Part shown: piece by piece, positions 1 to 10,254 of the stretch
Layout: every line of letters begins with the position of its first letter
How positions within the stretch are numbered: the first letter of the stretch is position 1
Assembly: GCA_035299385.1 (NCBI GenBank)
Contig: DATGWQ010000075.1
Location: 11,633-75,632, forward strand
Origin: Bacteroidales bacterium
GTDB taxonomy: Bacteria > Bacteroidota > Bacteroidia > Bacteroidales > VadinHA17
DNA: 64,000 nucleotides
Direction: 5' to 3'
The notes under the pieces: generated by a model
Told to the model about the DNA's origin: nothing
Seen by the model: only the letters and a program-made list of their open reading frames with translations
Database searches by the model: none
Program-made: the position numbers and the translations under genes

Positions 1-1
1 T

Positions 2-124
2 AAGCAAAATGAACTTTATGTTTGGGCGGTATTTACTGATATGTCTGTAAAAAAAGAATGGAACGATCAGATTCTGCCACCGGAGAATGTTCAGAAAGAT
101 TCTATCAGCAGAATAAATCAATAA
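2..124 (+). CDS. 3' end of an upstream CDS cut by the window edge (product unknown)
   Basis: Frame 2 is open from the window edge to TAA at 122-124 (..KKEWNDQILPPENVQKDSISRINQ*). No motif recognised. Absent from the ORF track because it has no start in the window. Confidence 0.3.
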   Translation, partial: KQNELYVWAVFTDMSVKKEWNDQILPPENVQKDSISRINQ

Positions 125-125
125 T

Positions 126-3100
126 ATGTCAATAAAAGTCAGGTTGCTAAAATTCCTATGGTTGCTGCCATTTTTCTGTTATTCCTGTAACAAACAGACT
201 GGGTACCGTTTGTTTACTCTGATGCCTGCCTCTGTAACTCATTGTGATTTTGTAAACAGGTTAGATTATGACACTCAGCTTAAAAAGAAGTTCAATATTT
301 ACACCTTCCGTAACTTTTACAATGGAGGCGGTGTGGCTTTGGGTGATATTAATAACGATGGCCTCGAGGACATATTCATGACCTCAAATATGGGTACTAA
401 TAAACTTTATGTGAACAAAGGTAACTTTAAGTTTGAAGATATTTCAGTGAAAGCCGGTATTGAGGGTCATGGCTGGTCGACAGGCGTCAGTTTTGCTGAT
501 GTTAACGGTGACGGATTACCGGATATTTATGTATGCAAGTCAGGCAATGAGACTGGAGTTAAAAATCATAATGAGCTGTATATTAACAATGGTGATTTGT
601 CCTTCTCAGAAAAAGCAAAAGAATATGGACTGGATGAGTCATGCGGAAATTCAACAGAAGGAGTGTTCTTTGATTATGACAAGGATGGCGATCTGGATAT
701 GTATTTGTTAAAAAACTTCCCAATTGCTATCGGCAATTTTAATCTGAAGGAAAATAAGCGGCTGGAACGCGATTCTGCCGGAGGGGACAAACTTTTCAGA
801 AACGATCTGAATAAATTTACAGATGTTAGCGCTTCAGCAGGAATTTATGGAAGCTCAATCGGTTTTGGAATGGGTGTTTCGGTTGGCGACATAAATCAGG
901 ATGGCTGGATGGATATCTATGTATCAAATGATTTTTTTGAACGTGACTACCTGTATATTAATAATCATGACGGAACATTTAAGGAAACGCTTTTGAATAT
1001 GATTAAATCTACTCCCATTTCATCAATGGGAAGTGATATGGCAGATCTGAATAATGATCATTATCCCGAGATATTTGCAACGGATATGCTCCCTGAACAT
1101 AATGACCGGCTTAAAACAAAAACGACTTTTGAAGATTGGAGCAATTATAACTCAAATGTTGATAACGGTTATTACCATCAGTTTACCAGGAACATGCTGC
1201 AACTAAACAATTCCGACGGAACCTTCAGTGAAATCGGAAGGTATGCGGGCGTTTCTGCTACTGACTGGTCGTGGGGTTCGTTAATTACAGATCTCGATAA
1301 TGATGGCCTGAAAGATATTTTTGTGGCAAATGGCATATATAAGGATCTTACTGATCAGGATTATATCAGGTATTTCTCGAACCGCGATGTTATTATGTCA
1401 ATCCTAACAGGAAATAATGTTGATTATAAAAAGCTTATCGATGCAATTCCATCAGTTAAACTTTCAAATTATGCCTTCAAGAATATTGGAAATTACAGGT
1501 TTAAGAATATGTCGTCAGAATGGGGACTCGGGGATCCGGGGTTTTCAAACGGAGCTGCCTATGGTGACCTGGACAATGATGGAGACCTGGACCTTGTGAT
1601 TAACAATGTCAATTTACCCATGTCGATTTACAGGAATGAAACCAATAAACGCCTCCCGGGAAATCATTATCTAAAAGTTATCTTAAAAGGTAAGCCGGGG
1701 AATACACAGGCGATTGGGGCAAAAGTGACTGTTAAAAACAAAGGAAAGTATATTTATATTGAGCAGATGCCAATGCGTGGATATTTATCCACAATTGATC
1801 CACGCCCCAACCTGGGCCTGGGTCCATTGACGATGGTTGACTCTCTCATTATTGAATGGCCGGAAGGACAAACTACACTTTTAACTAATGTTGCCGCAGA
1901 TCAAACCTTGACGTTATTTCAAAAAGACGCCGGTTCGAGCTCATTTCAAGTGGAACCTGCTATTCAAAAAACTGGATATTTTGAAGATATCAGTAATGAG
2001 AACCGCATAAGCTTTATGCACAGGGAAAGTGCTTTCAATGAGTTCGTGCAGCAGCCTTTGTTGTACCAGATGATGTCGACAGAGGGACCGAGAATGTGCA
2101 AAGGCGACGCTAACGGAGACGGACGTGAAGATATTTTTATAACGGGCGCTAAGGGACAGCCCGGTGCTTTGTTGATACAACGTCAGGACGGCACATTTGA
2201 ATCAGTCGGAGAGCCATTTTTTGAGAAGGATAAGATATCGGAAGGAACTGATTGTGACATGTTTGATGCAAACGGAGACGGCTATCAGGATCTTTATGTG
2301 GCGAGCGGAGGTAATGAATTCCCTGCCAGTTCATCTGCACTCAGCGATCATCTGTACTTCAATGATGGCACGGGAAAATTTACAAGTTCTCAGCAGATAC
2401 TGCCTGTCGGAAAATATGAAAGCAGTTCATGTATCCGTCATTCTGACTTTGACAAAGACGGTGTCATGGAATTATTCGTTGGAATCCGTCTTAAACCATT
2501 TGAATATGGAGTACCGTGTAACGGTTACCTGCTTGAGAATGATGGAAAAGGAAATTTCACCGATGTGACGATGAAAATAGCACCACAATTACTTAACATT
2601 GGCATGATCCATGACATGTTGTGGGCGGATGTTGACGGGGACGACGATCCTGATATGATAATAGCAGGCGATTGGATGCCTTTGAAAGTATTGATTAACG
2701 ACAATGGATTCTTCATTGACAAAACTAATACATTCTTACCGGAAAAAACTCAGGGATGGTGGAACTGTCTTGCCACCGGCGACTTTAACGGTGATGGTGC
2801 GGTGGATTTTATAGCAGGGAATCACGGTCTGAACTCAGGATTCAATGCATCGACTGAAAAGCCCGTAACAATGTATGTAAGCGATTTTGATCTGAATGGT
2901 ACAGTTGAACAGGAAGTATGCACTTATAACGATGATAAATCATACCCTGTATCTCTGAGGCATGATCTGCTACGGCAGATCCCATACCTGGAGAGAAAGT
3001 ATCCGACTTACGAATCATATAAAGATCAACAGATTACAGATATCTTTACTCCTGACCAATTGAAAAATGCAATCTGTCTCGAGGCATCGTTGCTTGAGAC

Positions 3101-3464
3101 ATCTGTTTTCATTAATGATGGTAAAGGACATTTTTCAAGGAAACCGTTGCCGGTTGAAGTGCAGTTTTCACCTGTTTATTCTGTGGAGACGGGAGATTTC
3201 AACGGTGACAGGAATACCGATATCCTGCTTGGAGGGAACCTTTATAATGTAAAGCCTGAGCTGGGGAGATGCGATGCCAGCTACGGTGCATTACTGGCAG
3301 GTGACGGTGAGGGTAATTTCAGTTATGTTCCACCTAAAACCTCAGGCCTATTTCTGGACGGTGAGATAAGGGATTTTTTGCAGGTAAGAACTTCAGAAGG
3401 TATTATCCTGGTGGTAGCTCGAAACAACGATTCTTTAATGGTGTTTAAAGTATCAGGTCGATAA
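126..3464 (+). CDS. FG-GAP/VCBS-repeat plus ASPIC/UnbV-type (CRTAC1-like) lipoprotein, paralog 1
   Basis: 1112-aa ORF. N-terminal signal with Cys (FFCYSCNK). Many Ca-binding FG-GAP-like repeats (GDINNDGLEDIF, DVNGDGLPDIY, GDLDNDGDLDLV). Central UnbV/ASPIC-like stretch (IGAKVTV..MPMRGYLSTIDPRPNLGLG). Confidence 0.85.
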   Translation: MSIKVRLLKFLWLLPFFCYSCNKQTGYRLFTLMPASVTHCDFVNRLDYDTQLKKKFNIYTFRNFYNGGGVALGDINNDGLEDIFMTSNMGTNKLYVNKGNFKFEDISVKAGIEGHGWSTGVSFADVNGDGLPDIYVCKSGNETGVKNHNELYINNGDLSFSEKAKEYGLDESCGNSTEGVFFDYDKDGDLDMYLLKNFPIAIGNFNLKENKRLERDSAGGDKLFRNDLNKFTDVSASAGIYGSSIGFGMGVSVGDINQDGWMDIYVSNDFFERDYLYINNHDGTFKETLLNMIKSTPISSMGSDMADLNNDHYPEIFATDMLPEHNDRLKTKTTFEDWSNYNSNVDNGYYHQFTRNMLQLNNSDGTFSEIGRYAGVSATDWSWGSLITDLDNDGLKDIFVANGIYKDLTDQDYIRYFSNRDVIMSILTGNNVDYKKLIDAIPSVKLSNYAFKNIGNYRFKNMSSEWGLGDPGFSNGAAYGDLDNDGDLDLVINNVNLPMSIYRNETNKRLPGNHYLKVILKGKPGNTQAIGAKVTVKNKGKYIYIEQMPMRGYLSTIDPRPNLGLGPLTMVDSLIIEWPEGQTTLLTNVAADQTLTLFQKDAGSSSFQVEPAIQKTGYFEDISNENRISFMHRESAFNEFVQQPLLYQMMSTEGPRMCKGDANGDGREDIFITGAKGQPGALLIQRQDGTFESVGEPFFEKDKISEGTDCDMFDANGDGYQDLYVASGGNEFPASSSALSDHLYFNDGTGKFTSSQQILPVGKYESSSCIRHSDFDKDGVMELFVGIRLKPFEYGVPCNGYLLENDGKGNFTDVTMKIAPQLLNIGMIHDMLWADVDGDDDPDMIIAGDWMPLKVLINDNGFFIDKTNTFLPEKTQGWWNCLATGDFNGDGAVDFIAGNHGLNSGFNASTEKPVTMYVSDFDLNGTVEQEVCTYNDDKSYPVSLRHDLLRQIPYLERKYPTYESYKDQQITDIFTPDQLKNAICLEASLLETSVFINDGKGHFSRKPLPVEVQFSPVYSVETGDFNGDRNTDILLGGNLYNVKPELGRCDASYGALLAGDGEGNFSYVPPKTSGLFLDGEIRDFLQVRTSEGIILVVARNNDSLMVFKVSGR

Positions 3465-3473
3465 GGCTTATTT

Positions 3474-6400
3474 ATGAAGAAATCTGTTTCGGTTTTATTT
3501 CTTATTCTTCTGCTAGCTTCCTGTAACCCTGATGTAAGAAAAGGAGAACATTTGTTCACTTTGCTTCCCTCCTCGTCCACTCATATTCACTTTAATAATC
3601 AGCTTACGGAAACTGAGCAATACAATATTATTGAATACCTGTATTTCAATAATGGTGCAGGAGTGGCCGCCGGTGATATTAATAATGACGGGCTGGTTGA
3701 TCTTTATTTTACTTCAAACCAGCTTCCTGACAAGTTATATCTCAACAAAGGGGATCTAAAATTTGAGGATATTACTCAAAATGCAGGAGTTGCCGGAACA
3801 GGAGACTGGAAAACCGGTGTCACTATGGCTGATGTAAATGCCGACGGGCTGCTTGATATTTACGTGTGCGGCGTCGGCAATTACAAGAATTTTCATACAA
3901 GGAACCAGCTTTATATTAATAATGGTGATCTCACCTTTACTGAAAAGGCATCAGAGTATGGTCTTGATTTCAGCGGTCTTTCCACGCAGGCAGCGTTTTT
4001 TGATTATGATCTTGATGGGGATATCGACATGTACCTTCTCAACCATTCTGTTCATACCGTCTCCAGCTATGGAAATGCTTCACTTCGCAATGCGTCAGAC
4101 TCAATTGCAGGCGACAGGCTGTACCGGAACGATTCAAGGGAAGGAACCACAAAGTTCAGCAATGTAACAAAGAGGGCCGGAATTTTTAATAGCCAGATAG
4201 GCTATGGCCTGGGAATAAGCACATGTGATATCAACAATGATGGCTACCCTGATATATATATTTCAAACGATTTTCATGAAAATGATTACCTGTATATAAA
4301 TAATGGGAACGGAACCTTTTCCGAACGCCTCACTGAAATGATCCGCCACACAAGCAGATCCTCGATGGGTAATGATGCCGGAGATCTAAATAATGACGGA
4401 TTCAACGATATCATTGTCCTTGATATGCTGCCCGTTGAAGAGAAAATACGAAAGAGCGCTGGTGGTGAGGATGACTTAGATTTGTATGAATTCAAGCAAC
4501 AGATGGGCTACAATAAGCAGTTCGTGAGGAACACACTGCAGCTCAACCTGGATTGCGGTCTTTTCAGCGAAATAGGAGCCTATGCGGGCATCTGTTCAAC
4601 GGACTGGAGCTGGTCACCGCTTATTTTTGACATGGATAATGATGGACTCAAAGATATCTTCATTTCCACCGGTATCTACAGAAGGGCCAATGACTTGGAT
4701 TACATTAGCTTCCTTACAGGCGGAAACAGGTATTTCCCTGAAAAAGATAACAGCTCGCTAACAGATAAAGATCTATATGATAAAATGCCCGTTTTTCCGA
4801 ATTGTAACTATTTCTACAGGAATAATGGCGACCTGACATTCACCAATATGTCAGGGAAATGGGGCCTGAAGACAGCATCATTCTCGAACGGAGCTGTTTA
4901 CGCAGATCTTGATAACGATGGTGACATGGATGTTGTAACAAATAATATTAACGATAAAGCATTCATTTACAGGAACAACTCGGAAAGAAAGTATGGTAAT
5001 CATTACCTCGAAATTTTGCTCAGGGCCCCATCACCAAACTCTTCAGCTGTCGGATCAAGAGTCACAATCTATGCCGGAGGTCAGATTCAGATGAAAGAGC
5101 AATTCACAACCAGGGGATTTATGTCAGGTTCATCCGGCGTAGTACATTTTGGACTTAGCAGTGAAGCTGAAGCTGATTCACTGGTTATCAGATGGCCCGA
5201 CAGATCAGAACAAAAGATGGCAAATATCAATGCCAACCAGAGGCTGACAATTGTTAAAGATGATATAAAAGCATCTCCATACAAAAATGAATTAAAACCT
5301 GCAAAGAGATTTCAGTCAGCGGCTCCTGAAGGACTGAACTTCATCCATAAGGAAGATCCGTACAATGATATGCTGCAGCAAAATTTCCTGGTGCCGTTCA
5401 GTTTCTCGGCTGAAGGACCGGCCTTAGCTGTAGGCGACCTTAATGGCGACAAACTTGACGACCTGTTCGCGGGCGGTGCCAGAGATTGCACTTCAGCCAT
5501 CTTTTTTCAAAATAAAGACGGGTCATTCAGGAGATTTGACATTCCAATAAGATTAGAGGATAATTTCTCAGACGATGTTGATGCAGTGATCTTTGACGCT
5601 GATGGTGATAATGACAATGATATTTACATTGTGCACGGCGGCAATCAACTGGTTCCGGGAAATCCCTTCCTCACTGATAATCTTCTCATCAATGATGGAA
5701 ACGGGAACTTCGCGAGAAGAAAATTACCCTTCATCTCTCACAATGGATCATGTGTAAAACCCTGCGATTTTGATAATGACGGGGATATTGATCTCCTGGT
5801 GTGCTCAATATCAGTTCCGGGCGTATTCGGGTTGTCCCCTGCCAGCTACCTGCTGGAGAATACCGGAAGTGGCGAATTCAGAGATGTGACCCCGTTAAGA
5901 GCAAAAGGACTCGGGAATGCAGGCATGGTATCCGGGGCTGACTGGCTGGATTATGACCTTGACGGTGATATGGATTTTGCAATAGCCGGACCATGGATGA
6001 GAATAAAGGTTTTTGAAAATATTTCAGGTCATTTCGCAGAAACTGATTCAGTAAAAGGTCTTGAAAACACTTACGGATGGTGGAGCTGCCTGAAAACGAT
6101 AGACATAGATAATGACGGCGACATGGACATGATAGCCGGAAATCTAGGACTCAATTCCATGCTGCACGCATCACCTTCCAAACCTGTTGAACTTTACCTT
6201 GCCGATTTTGATAATAACGGAATCCCCGATCCTATTATATGTTCATACAATGACGGGATAAGCTATCCTTTTTCATCACTGGATGAACTCACCAGTCAGA
6301 TACCTGATCTGAAAAAGGAATTCAGGAGCTATTCCGATTTTGGTAAAAAGACAGTCGTGGATATCTTCGGCTCAAATGTTCTTGAAAAAAGCATACATCT

Positions 6401-6782
6401 TAAAATCACACTTTTTGAAAGTTGTCTTATTCAGAATAACGGAAAAGGAAATTTTGAAGTCATTAAACTCCCTGCGCCTGCACAGTTTTCAGAACTAAGA
6501 GATGTGGTTGTCCTTGCTCCGGATGAAGAGGGGAAAACAGAACTCGTTCTCGCTGGAAACAACAATGCAATACGACCTTCCATTGGCATCCAGGATGCCA
6601 GTTATGGTTTGTTTCTGCAATATGACGCTGAGAATGGATTTATTCCCTTCGGCTCATATCTCAGTGGACTGGTCATAAAGGGAGATGCAAGAAAGCTTGC
6701 TTGCATAATGATCAAAGGAAAGCAGTATGTTGTTGCCGGAATAAACAATGGAGACCTGCAAATAATTTCTCCAGGAAGATGA
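3474..6782 (+). CDS. FG-GAP/VCBS-repeat plus ASPIC/UnbV-type (CRTAC1-like) lipoprotein, paralog 2
   Basis: 1102-aa ORF starting 10 nt after paralog 1. Lipobox LLLASCN. Same repeat architecture (GDINNDGLVDLY, DVNADGLLDIY, ADLDNDGDMDVV; VGSRVTIY..TTRGFMSGSSGVVHFGLS). Collinear with paralog 1, roughly half the residues identical by eye. Confidence 0.85.
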   Translation: MKKSVSVLFLILLLASCNPDVRKGEHLFTLLPSSSTHIHFNNQLTETEQYNIIEYLYFNNGAGVAAGDINNDGLVDLYFTSNQLPDKLYLNKGDLKFEDITQNAGVAGTGDWKTGVTMADVNADGLLDIYVCGVGNYKNFHTRNQLYINNGDLTFTEKASEYGLDFSGLSTQAAFFDYDLDGDIDMYLLNHSVHTVSSYGNASLRNASDSIAGDRLYRNDSREGTTKFSNVTKRAGIFNSQIGYGLGISTCDINNDGYPDIYISNDFHENDYLYINNGNGTFSERLTEMIRHTSRSSMGNDAGDLNNDGFNDIIVLDMLPVEEKIRKSAGGEDDLDLYEFKQQMGYNKQFVRNTLQLNLDCGLFSEIGAYAGICSTDWSWSPLIFDMDNDGLKDIFISTGIYRRANDLDYISFLTGGNRYFPEKDNSSLTDKDLYDKMPVFPNCNYFYRNNGDLTFTNMSGKWGLKTASFSNGAVYADLDNDGDMDVVTNNINDKAFIYRNNSERKYGNHYLEILLRAPSPNSSAVGSRVTIYAGGQIQMKEQFTTRGFMSGSSGVVHFGLSSEAEADSLVIRWPDRSEQKMANINANQRLTIVKDDIKASPYKNELKPAKRFQSAAPEGLNFIHKEDPYNDMLQQNFLVPFSFSAEGPALAVGDLNGDKLDDLFAGGARDCTSAIFFQNKDGSFRRFDIPIRLEDNFSDDVDAVIFDADGDNDNDIYIVHGGNQLVPGNPFLTDNLLINDGNGNFARRKLPFISHNGSCVKPCDFDNDGDIDLLVCSISVPGVFGLSPASYLLENTGSGEFRDVTPLRAKGLGNAGMVSGADWLDYDLDGDMDFAIAGPWMRIKVFENISGHFAETDSVKGLENTYGWWSCLKTIDIDNDGDMDMIAGNLGLNSMLHASPSKPVELYLADFDNNGIPDPIICSYNDGISYPFSSLDELTSQIPDLKKEFRSYSDFGKKTVVDIFGSNVLEKSIHLKITLFESCLIQNNGKGNFEVIKLPAPAQFSELRDVVVLAPDEEGKTELVLAGNNNAIRPSIGIQDASYGLFLQYDAENGFIPFGSYLSGLVIKGDARKLACIMIKGKQYVVAGINNGDLQIISPGR

Positions 6783-6790
6783 ATAAAGGC

Positions 6791-7903
6791 TTACCGCCAG
6801 GTTTTGCCTTCAAGAAATCTATTAAGATCATTCAATTCAGGACTATGCCCGCTCTGAATGTAGAAGCCGGTCACTGCATTGGCAAGGAGAAGGGACTGAT
6901 AAAGGTCCAGGTTGAAGAAGGTAGAGTAGCAAAATCCTGCGTTAAAGTTATCTCCTCCCCCTGTAAGTATTTTGGGATCCTTGCAAAAGAAAGTTTCACA
7001 GGAATTATACTCAGAACCATCAAAAGCTATTGAGTCCTTTATCCTGTGGATAAGCAGTAAATCGCAGTTGCATGCATAGTGAAGCTCTTTTATAAACGAT
7101 TCGTCCGGAAGATGGTGGGATATGCCGAGCGCTTTAGCAACGATAATCGATTCATTCACATTAAGGCTGAGTATCACCCTGAAGTATTTCCTGAATTTCC
7201 AAAGCAGGGACATGACTTCCCTTATTTGTTCCTTTGATTTCCTTGAGCAATCAGACAAATCGGTGAAGAAGACACGCCCTTTAACCGGAGATATCCGGGG
7301 AAATATTGCATTGAGAAACCATGTCCATATTTCGGTTGAATTCTCAATCTCGCTCCAGTTCAGGAATGCAGTGAGAAATTTCCCTTCGGCCATCTTCCTG
7401 ATGCTTTCTGTTCCCAGCACTTCCCTCAGAGTCTTACTATCCAGGCATTTGTAAGGGCCTGGATCGAACATGATCACTTTCGAAACATCAAACTCGAGGG
7501 CTGTGGCTGTAATGGTATCGGCAACGCTGGACAGCGAGCAGTTAGGTGAAATATTCCTGAAGACAGGTAAAATCTCCGGGTAACCGAAAGTCCCGATACA
7601 ATCAGACCTGACGCCGAGTAATCCGAGTGCATTGGCAGTAATTACCATGTTGCCGCCGGGCCTTGAAACCTTGGTTTCGAGCTCAAGGCCGCAGCTTCTG
7701 GTGCCCAGGTTTTTAAGAAAATCACCGAGTTCAGCAGTGGAGTTGAAGTAACCGGCAGTATCATCTTCATTCCTGTAACTGATTATCCTTACCAGTGTAT
7801 CAATACAGGCATCGAAACCCATCAATGCAGGAACATCTTTCCTGTCGAAATTCTCAACCTCTGAGATGATCTTCAAAACTGAATTCCTGAATTTTCCTTC
7901 CAC
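6791..7903 (-). CDS. PfkB/ribokinase-superfamily carbohydrate kinase (substrate unknown)
   Basis: 370-aa ORF. C-terminal TGGGDNFNAGF resembles the PfkB GAGD ATP/anion-hole signature. N-terminal GFDACIDTLV resembles ADP/ATP sugar-kinase beta1. Lies next to a NagB-like gene. Confidence 0.5.
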   Translation of the reverse strand: MEGKFRNSVLKIISEVENFDRKDVPALMGFDACIDTLVRIISYRNEDDTAGYFNSTAELGDFLKNLGTRSCGLELETKVSRPGGNMVITANALGLLGVRSDCIGTFGYPEILPVFRNISPNCSLSSVADTITATALEFDVSKVIMFDPGPYKCLDSKTLREVLGTESIRKMAEGKFLTAFLNWSEIENSTEIWTWFLNAIFPRISPVKGRVFFTDLSDCSRKSKEQIREVMSLLWKFRKYFRVILSLNVNESIIVAKALGISHHLPDESFIKELHYACNCDLLLIHRIKDSIAFDGSEYNSCETFFCKDPKILTGGGDNFNAGFCYSTFFNLDLYQSLLLANAVTGFYIQSGHSPELNDLNRFLEGKTWR

Positions 7904-7914
7904 TGTGAAATCTT

Positions 7915-8634
7915 TTAGATCCCGGCTGCCTCCTCGTCAATGACAAGAAAAGAATTAGGATGAAGCTTCATGGCAGAAGCAGGAAGTGATTCAGACGGGT
8001 CTTCATTCAAAAGCCTCGATGCGACAGCAGCTTTCCTCACACCCGAAAGCTGGAGAATAGCTGTTTTGGATTCCAGGATATGCTTTATGCCAAGTGTTAT
8101 CCCCCTTGTCAGCCTGGCACTGCCGGAAAAATACTTCTGTCCCACGGATTTAGTTGTATCGTCAAGCGTCACAATATGAGAATACAGCCCGAAAGAAGTC
8201 CCAGGTTCATTCAGTCCAAGGTGCCCGTTCATGCCTGCACCGAGTAAGATCATGTCAACCGGCCCATGTTCTTTAATGAAGCTGTCGGTTTTCCTGCATT
8301 CTGATTCGAGATCATCCGACTCACCGTCAAAAAAGCAGAAATTCTTTTCTGAGAATTTAATCTTGCTGAAAAAATGCTTCTTAAGAAACGAATAGCAGTT
8401 TTCGGATTTCATCTTCCCGAGACCTACCCATTCATCCAGCCCAACGATCTTTGATTTTTTAAAGCTTACTTTCTTTTCTTTTTCCAGGCGAACAAGCTGT
8501 TCAAAAGTTCCGATCGATGTTTCGCCGGCAGGAAAGCAGAGCAGTGCTTCAGGTTTACTGTTAATAATTTCACAGATCATCCAGGCGCTTTTCTGAGAAA
8601 GCTCCGAATAGTCTTTGCAGGTTATAATTTTCAT
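7915..8634 (-). CDS. Glucosamine-6-phosphate deaminase / 6-phosphogluconolactonase family (NagB-like) protein
   Basis: 239-aa ORF. FPAGETSIGTF, LGAGMNGHLGLNEPG and ITLGIKHIL match the NagB/SugarP_isomerase family layout. Confidence 0.8.
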   Translation of the reverse strand: MKIITCKDYSELSQKSAWMICEIINSKPEALLCFPAGETSIGTFEQLVRLEKEKKVSFKKSKIVGLDEWVGLGKMKSENCYSFLKKHFFSKIKFSEKNFCFFDGESDDLESECRKTDSFIKEHGPVDMILLGAGMNGHLGLNEPGTSFGLYSHIVTLDDTTKSVGQKYFSGSARLTRGITLGIKHILESKTAILQLSGVRKAAVASRLLNEDPSESLPASAMKLHPNSFLVIDEEAAGI

Positions 8635-8644
8635 AGTTTTTATT

Positions 8645-8710
8645 TTTAACTCAAAGAGCGCAGAGAAATTTTTGCGTTCCCTGCGTAACTTCTTTGCGTA
8701 CTCTGGTTAA
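8645..8710. repeat. Degenerate short-period (about 8 nt) TTTGCGT-type repeat patch between two minus-strand genes
   Basis: Reads ..caaagagcgcagagaaatttttgcgttccctgcgtaacttctttgcgtactctgg.. with repeated TGCGT units. Same flavour as the array at 52778-52850. Confidence 0.4.
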
Positions 8711-8716
8711 ATGGTT

Positions 8717-10237
8717 TTAGATTTTTAATTCTTCCCAGCCTTTACGGTACTCCCGTTTAACGAACTGGTTTGCCTGTTCAAAGTTGGTGATCCTCATGTT
8801 TTCGCCGTCCCATTTGTAGTTAATGTACCTTCCCGGGAAAACATATCCCTCCATCTGGCCATAAACCGGGTCCTGTCGCTTAATTTTCTCCTGGATATTG
8901 AAACATCTCAGGAGCAGGTTCCCCATGAGAACCGTTTCGGAAAGTGGGCCCGAATACCCGACAAACGGAGAGTCAACTTCCATGTTACCGTAACCGGCAA
9001 TGCATGCGTCTATCCATTGCCACCAGTGTCCGTCCATGTCACCTTCGACACGCGGGTATTTTTTAGGCACATTTATTTCCTTGTTCCTCGAAATCGGAAG
9101 AAGCACGGGGTTCCTCCCACCCCAACCGCAACCGGCCTTTCCTTTGGTTCCTATGAATAATGTCCCGCCTTCATAATCGCCCAGGTTCGGCCAGTCCGCA
9201 AGGACTTCATTCATATTATCCTTATCATCCAGCTCAAGAGGACGTTCGGGTGTGATGCCGCCATCCATCCAGTAAAGATCGAGGTCTTTGCCGTTTTTGA
9301 GCTTGTACCTGAACCTTATTGAACTCGAAACAGGACCGCTTTCCGGGTAAATGCCTTCTATGAATATACCTTTGTATACAGTACTTGCGCTGCCGGAAAC
9401 TTCAGTAGGATAGCCTAGATTAAGCAGCTTGAAAGGCGGTCCCATTATATGGCATCCCATGTCGCCGAGAGCGCCGGTGCCGAACATCCACCATCCCCTC
9501 CAGTTGAAAGGGACAAGGTTATCAATATAGCCCGGATCTTCGGCGGTGCCGAGCCAGAGGTCCCAGTTAAGCTCCTTCGGTACGGGCGGCCTCGATGAAG
9601 GCCATGCAATGCCTTGCGGCCACACGGGCCTGTCCGTCCAGCAGTACACTTTGGTTATGTCACCGAGAACATCAGCCTCTATCCACTCCCGCAGCGTTCT
9701 CATCCCATCACATGAAGCCCCCTGGTCACCCATCTGTGTAACGACCCGGTACTTTTCCGATGCCTGGGTAAGAATACGTGCTTCATAAATATCATGAGTA
9801 AGGGGTTTCTGAAGGTAAAGATGTTTTTTCAGCTGCATGGCAGCGAGTCCGACGACTGCATGATTATGATCGGGGATTGCGACGGATACAGCATCAAAGT
9901 TTTTGCTTTCCTTATCAAACATCTCCCTCCAGTCATGATAGTATCCTGCTTTCGGGAATTTCTTCCTTGTGTCTGCAGCCCTCCTGTCATCGACATCGCA
10001 GAGAAATGCAACCTCCGCATTCTTTTTGGGCGCGATTGAATAATGGCGGATGTCATCAGCCCCTTCACCCCCGCAACCGACAGCTGCAATCAGGAGCTTG
10101 TCACTTGGAACAACATGGCCCAGCCCGGAAACTGCAAATGAAGGGATAATGGTGAGTGCTGCCGCTCCTGTGGCTGCTTCCCGGACAAATTCCCTGCGGG
10201 TAACTGTCCTTTTTTCTGATCCTGGATTCTTTTTCAT
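8717..10237 (-). CDS. Gfo/Idh/MocA-family NAD-dependent oxidoreductase with twin-arginine (TAT) signal
   Basis: 506-aa ORF. N-terminal TRREFVREAATGAAALTIIP is a TAT motif. Rossmann start LLIAAVGCGGEG. Typical GFO_IDH_MocA central region (PDHNHAVV..LQKPL). Confidence 0.8.
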   Translation of the reverse strand: MKKNPGSEKRTVTRREFVREAATGAAALTIIPSFAVSGLGHVVPSDKLLIAAVGCGGEGADDIRHYSIAPKKNAEVAFLCDVDDRRAADTRKKFPKAGYYHDWREMFDKESKNFDAVSVAIPDHNHAVVGLAAMQLKKHLYLQKPLTHDIYEARILTQASEKYRVVTQMGDQGASCDGMRTLREWIEADVLGDITKVYCWTDRPVWPQGIAWPSSRPPVPKELNWDLWLGTAEDPGYIDNLVPFNWRGWWMFGTGALGDMGCHIMGPPFKLLNLGYPTEVSGSASTVYKGIFIEGIYPESGPVSSSIRFRYKLKNGKDLDLYWMDGGITPERPLELDDKDNMNEVLADWPNLGDYEGGTLFIGTKGKAGCGWGGRNPVLLPISRNKEINVPKKYPRVEGDMDGHWWQWIDACIAGYGNMEVDSPFVGYSGPLSETVLMGNLLLRCFNIQEKIKRQDPVYGQMEGYVFPGRYINYKWDGENMRITNFEQANQFVKREYRKGWEELKI

Positions 10238-10254
10238 CTGATCGGACTTAATCG

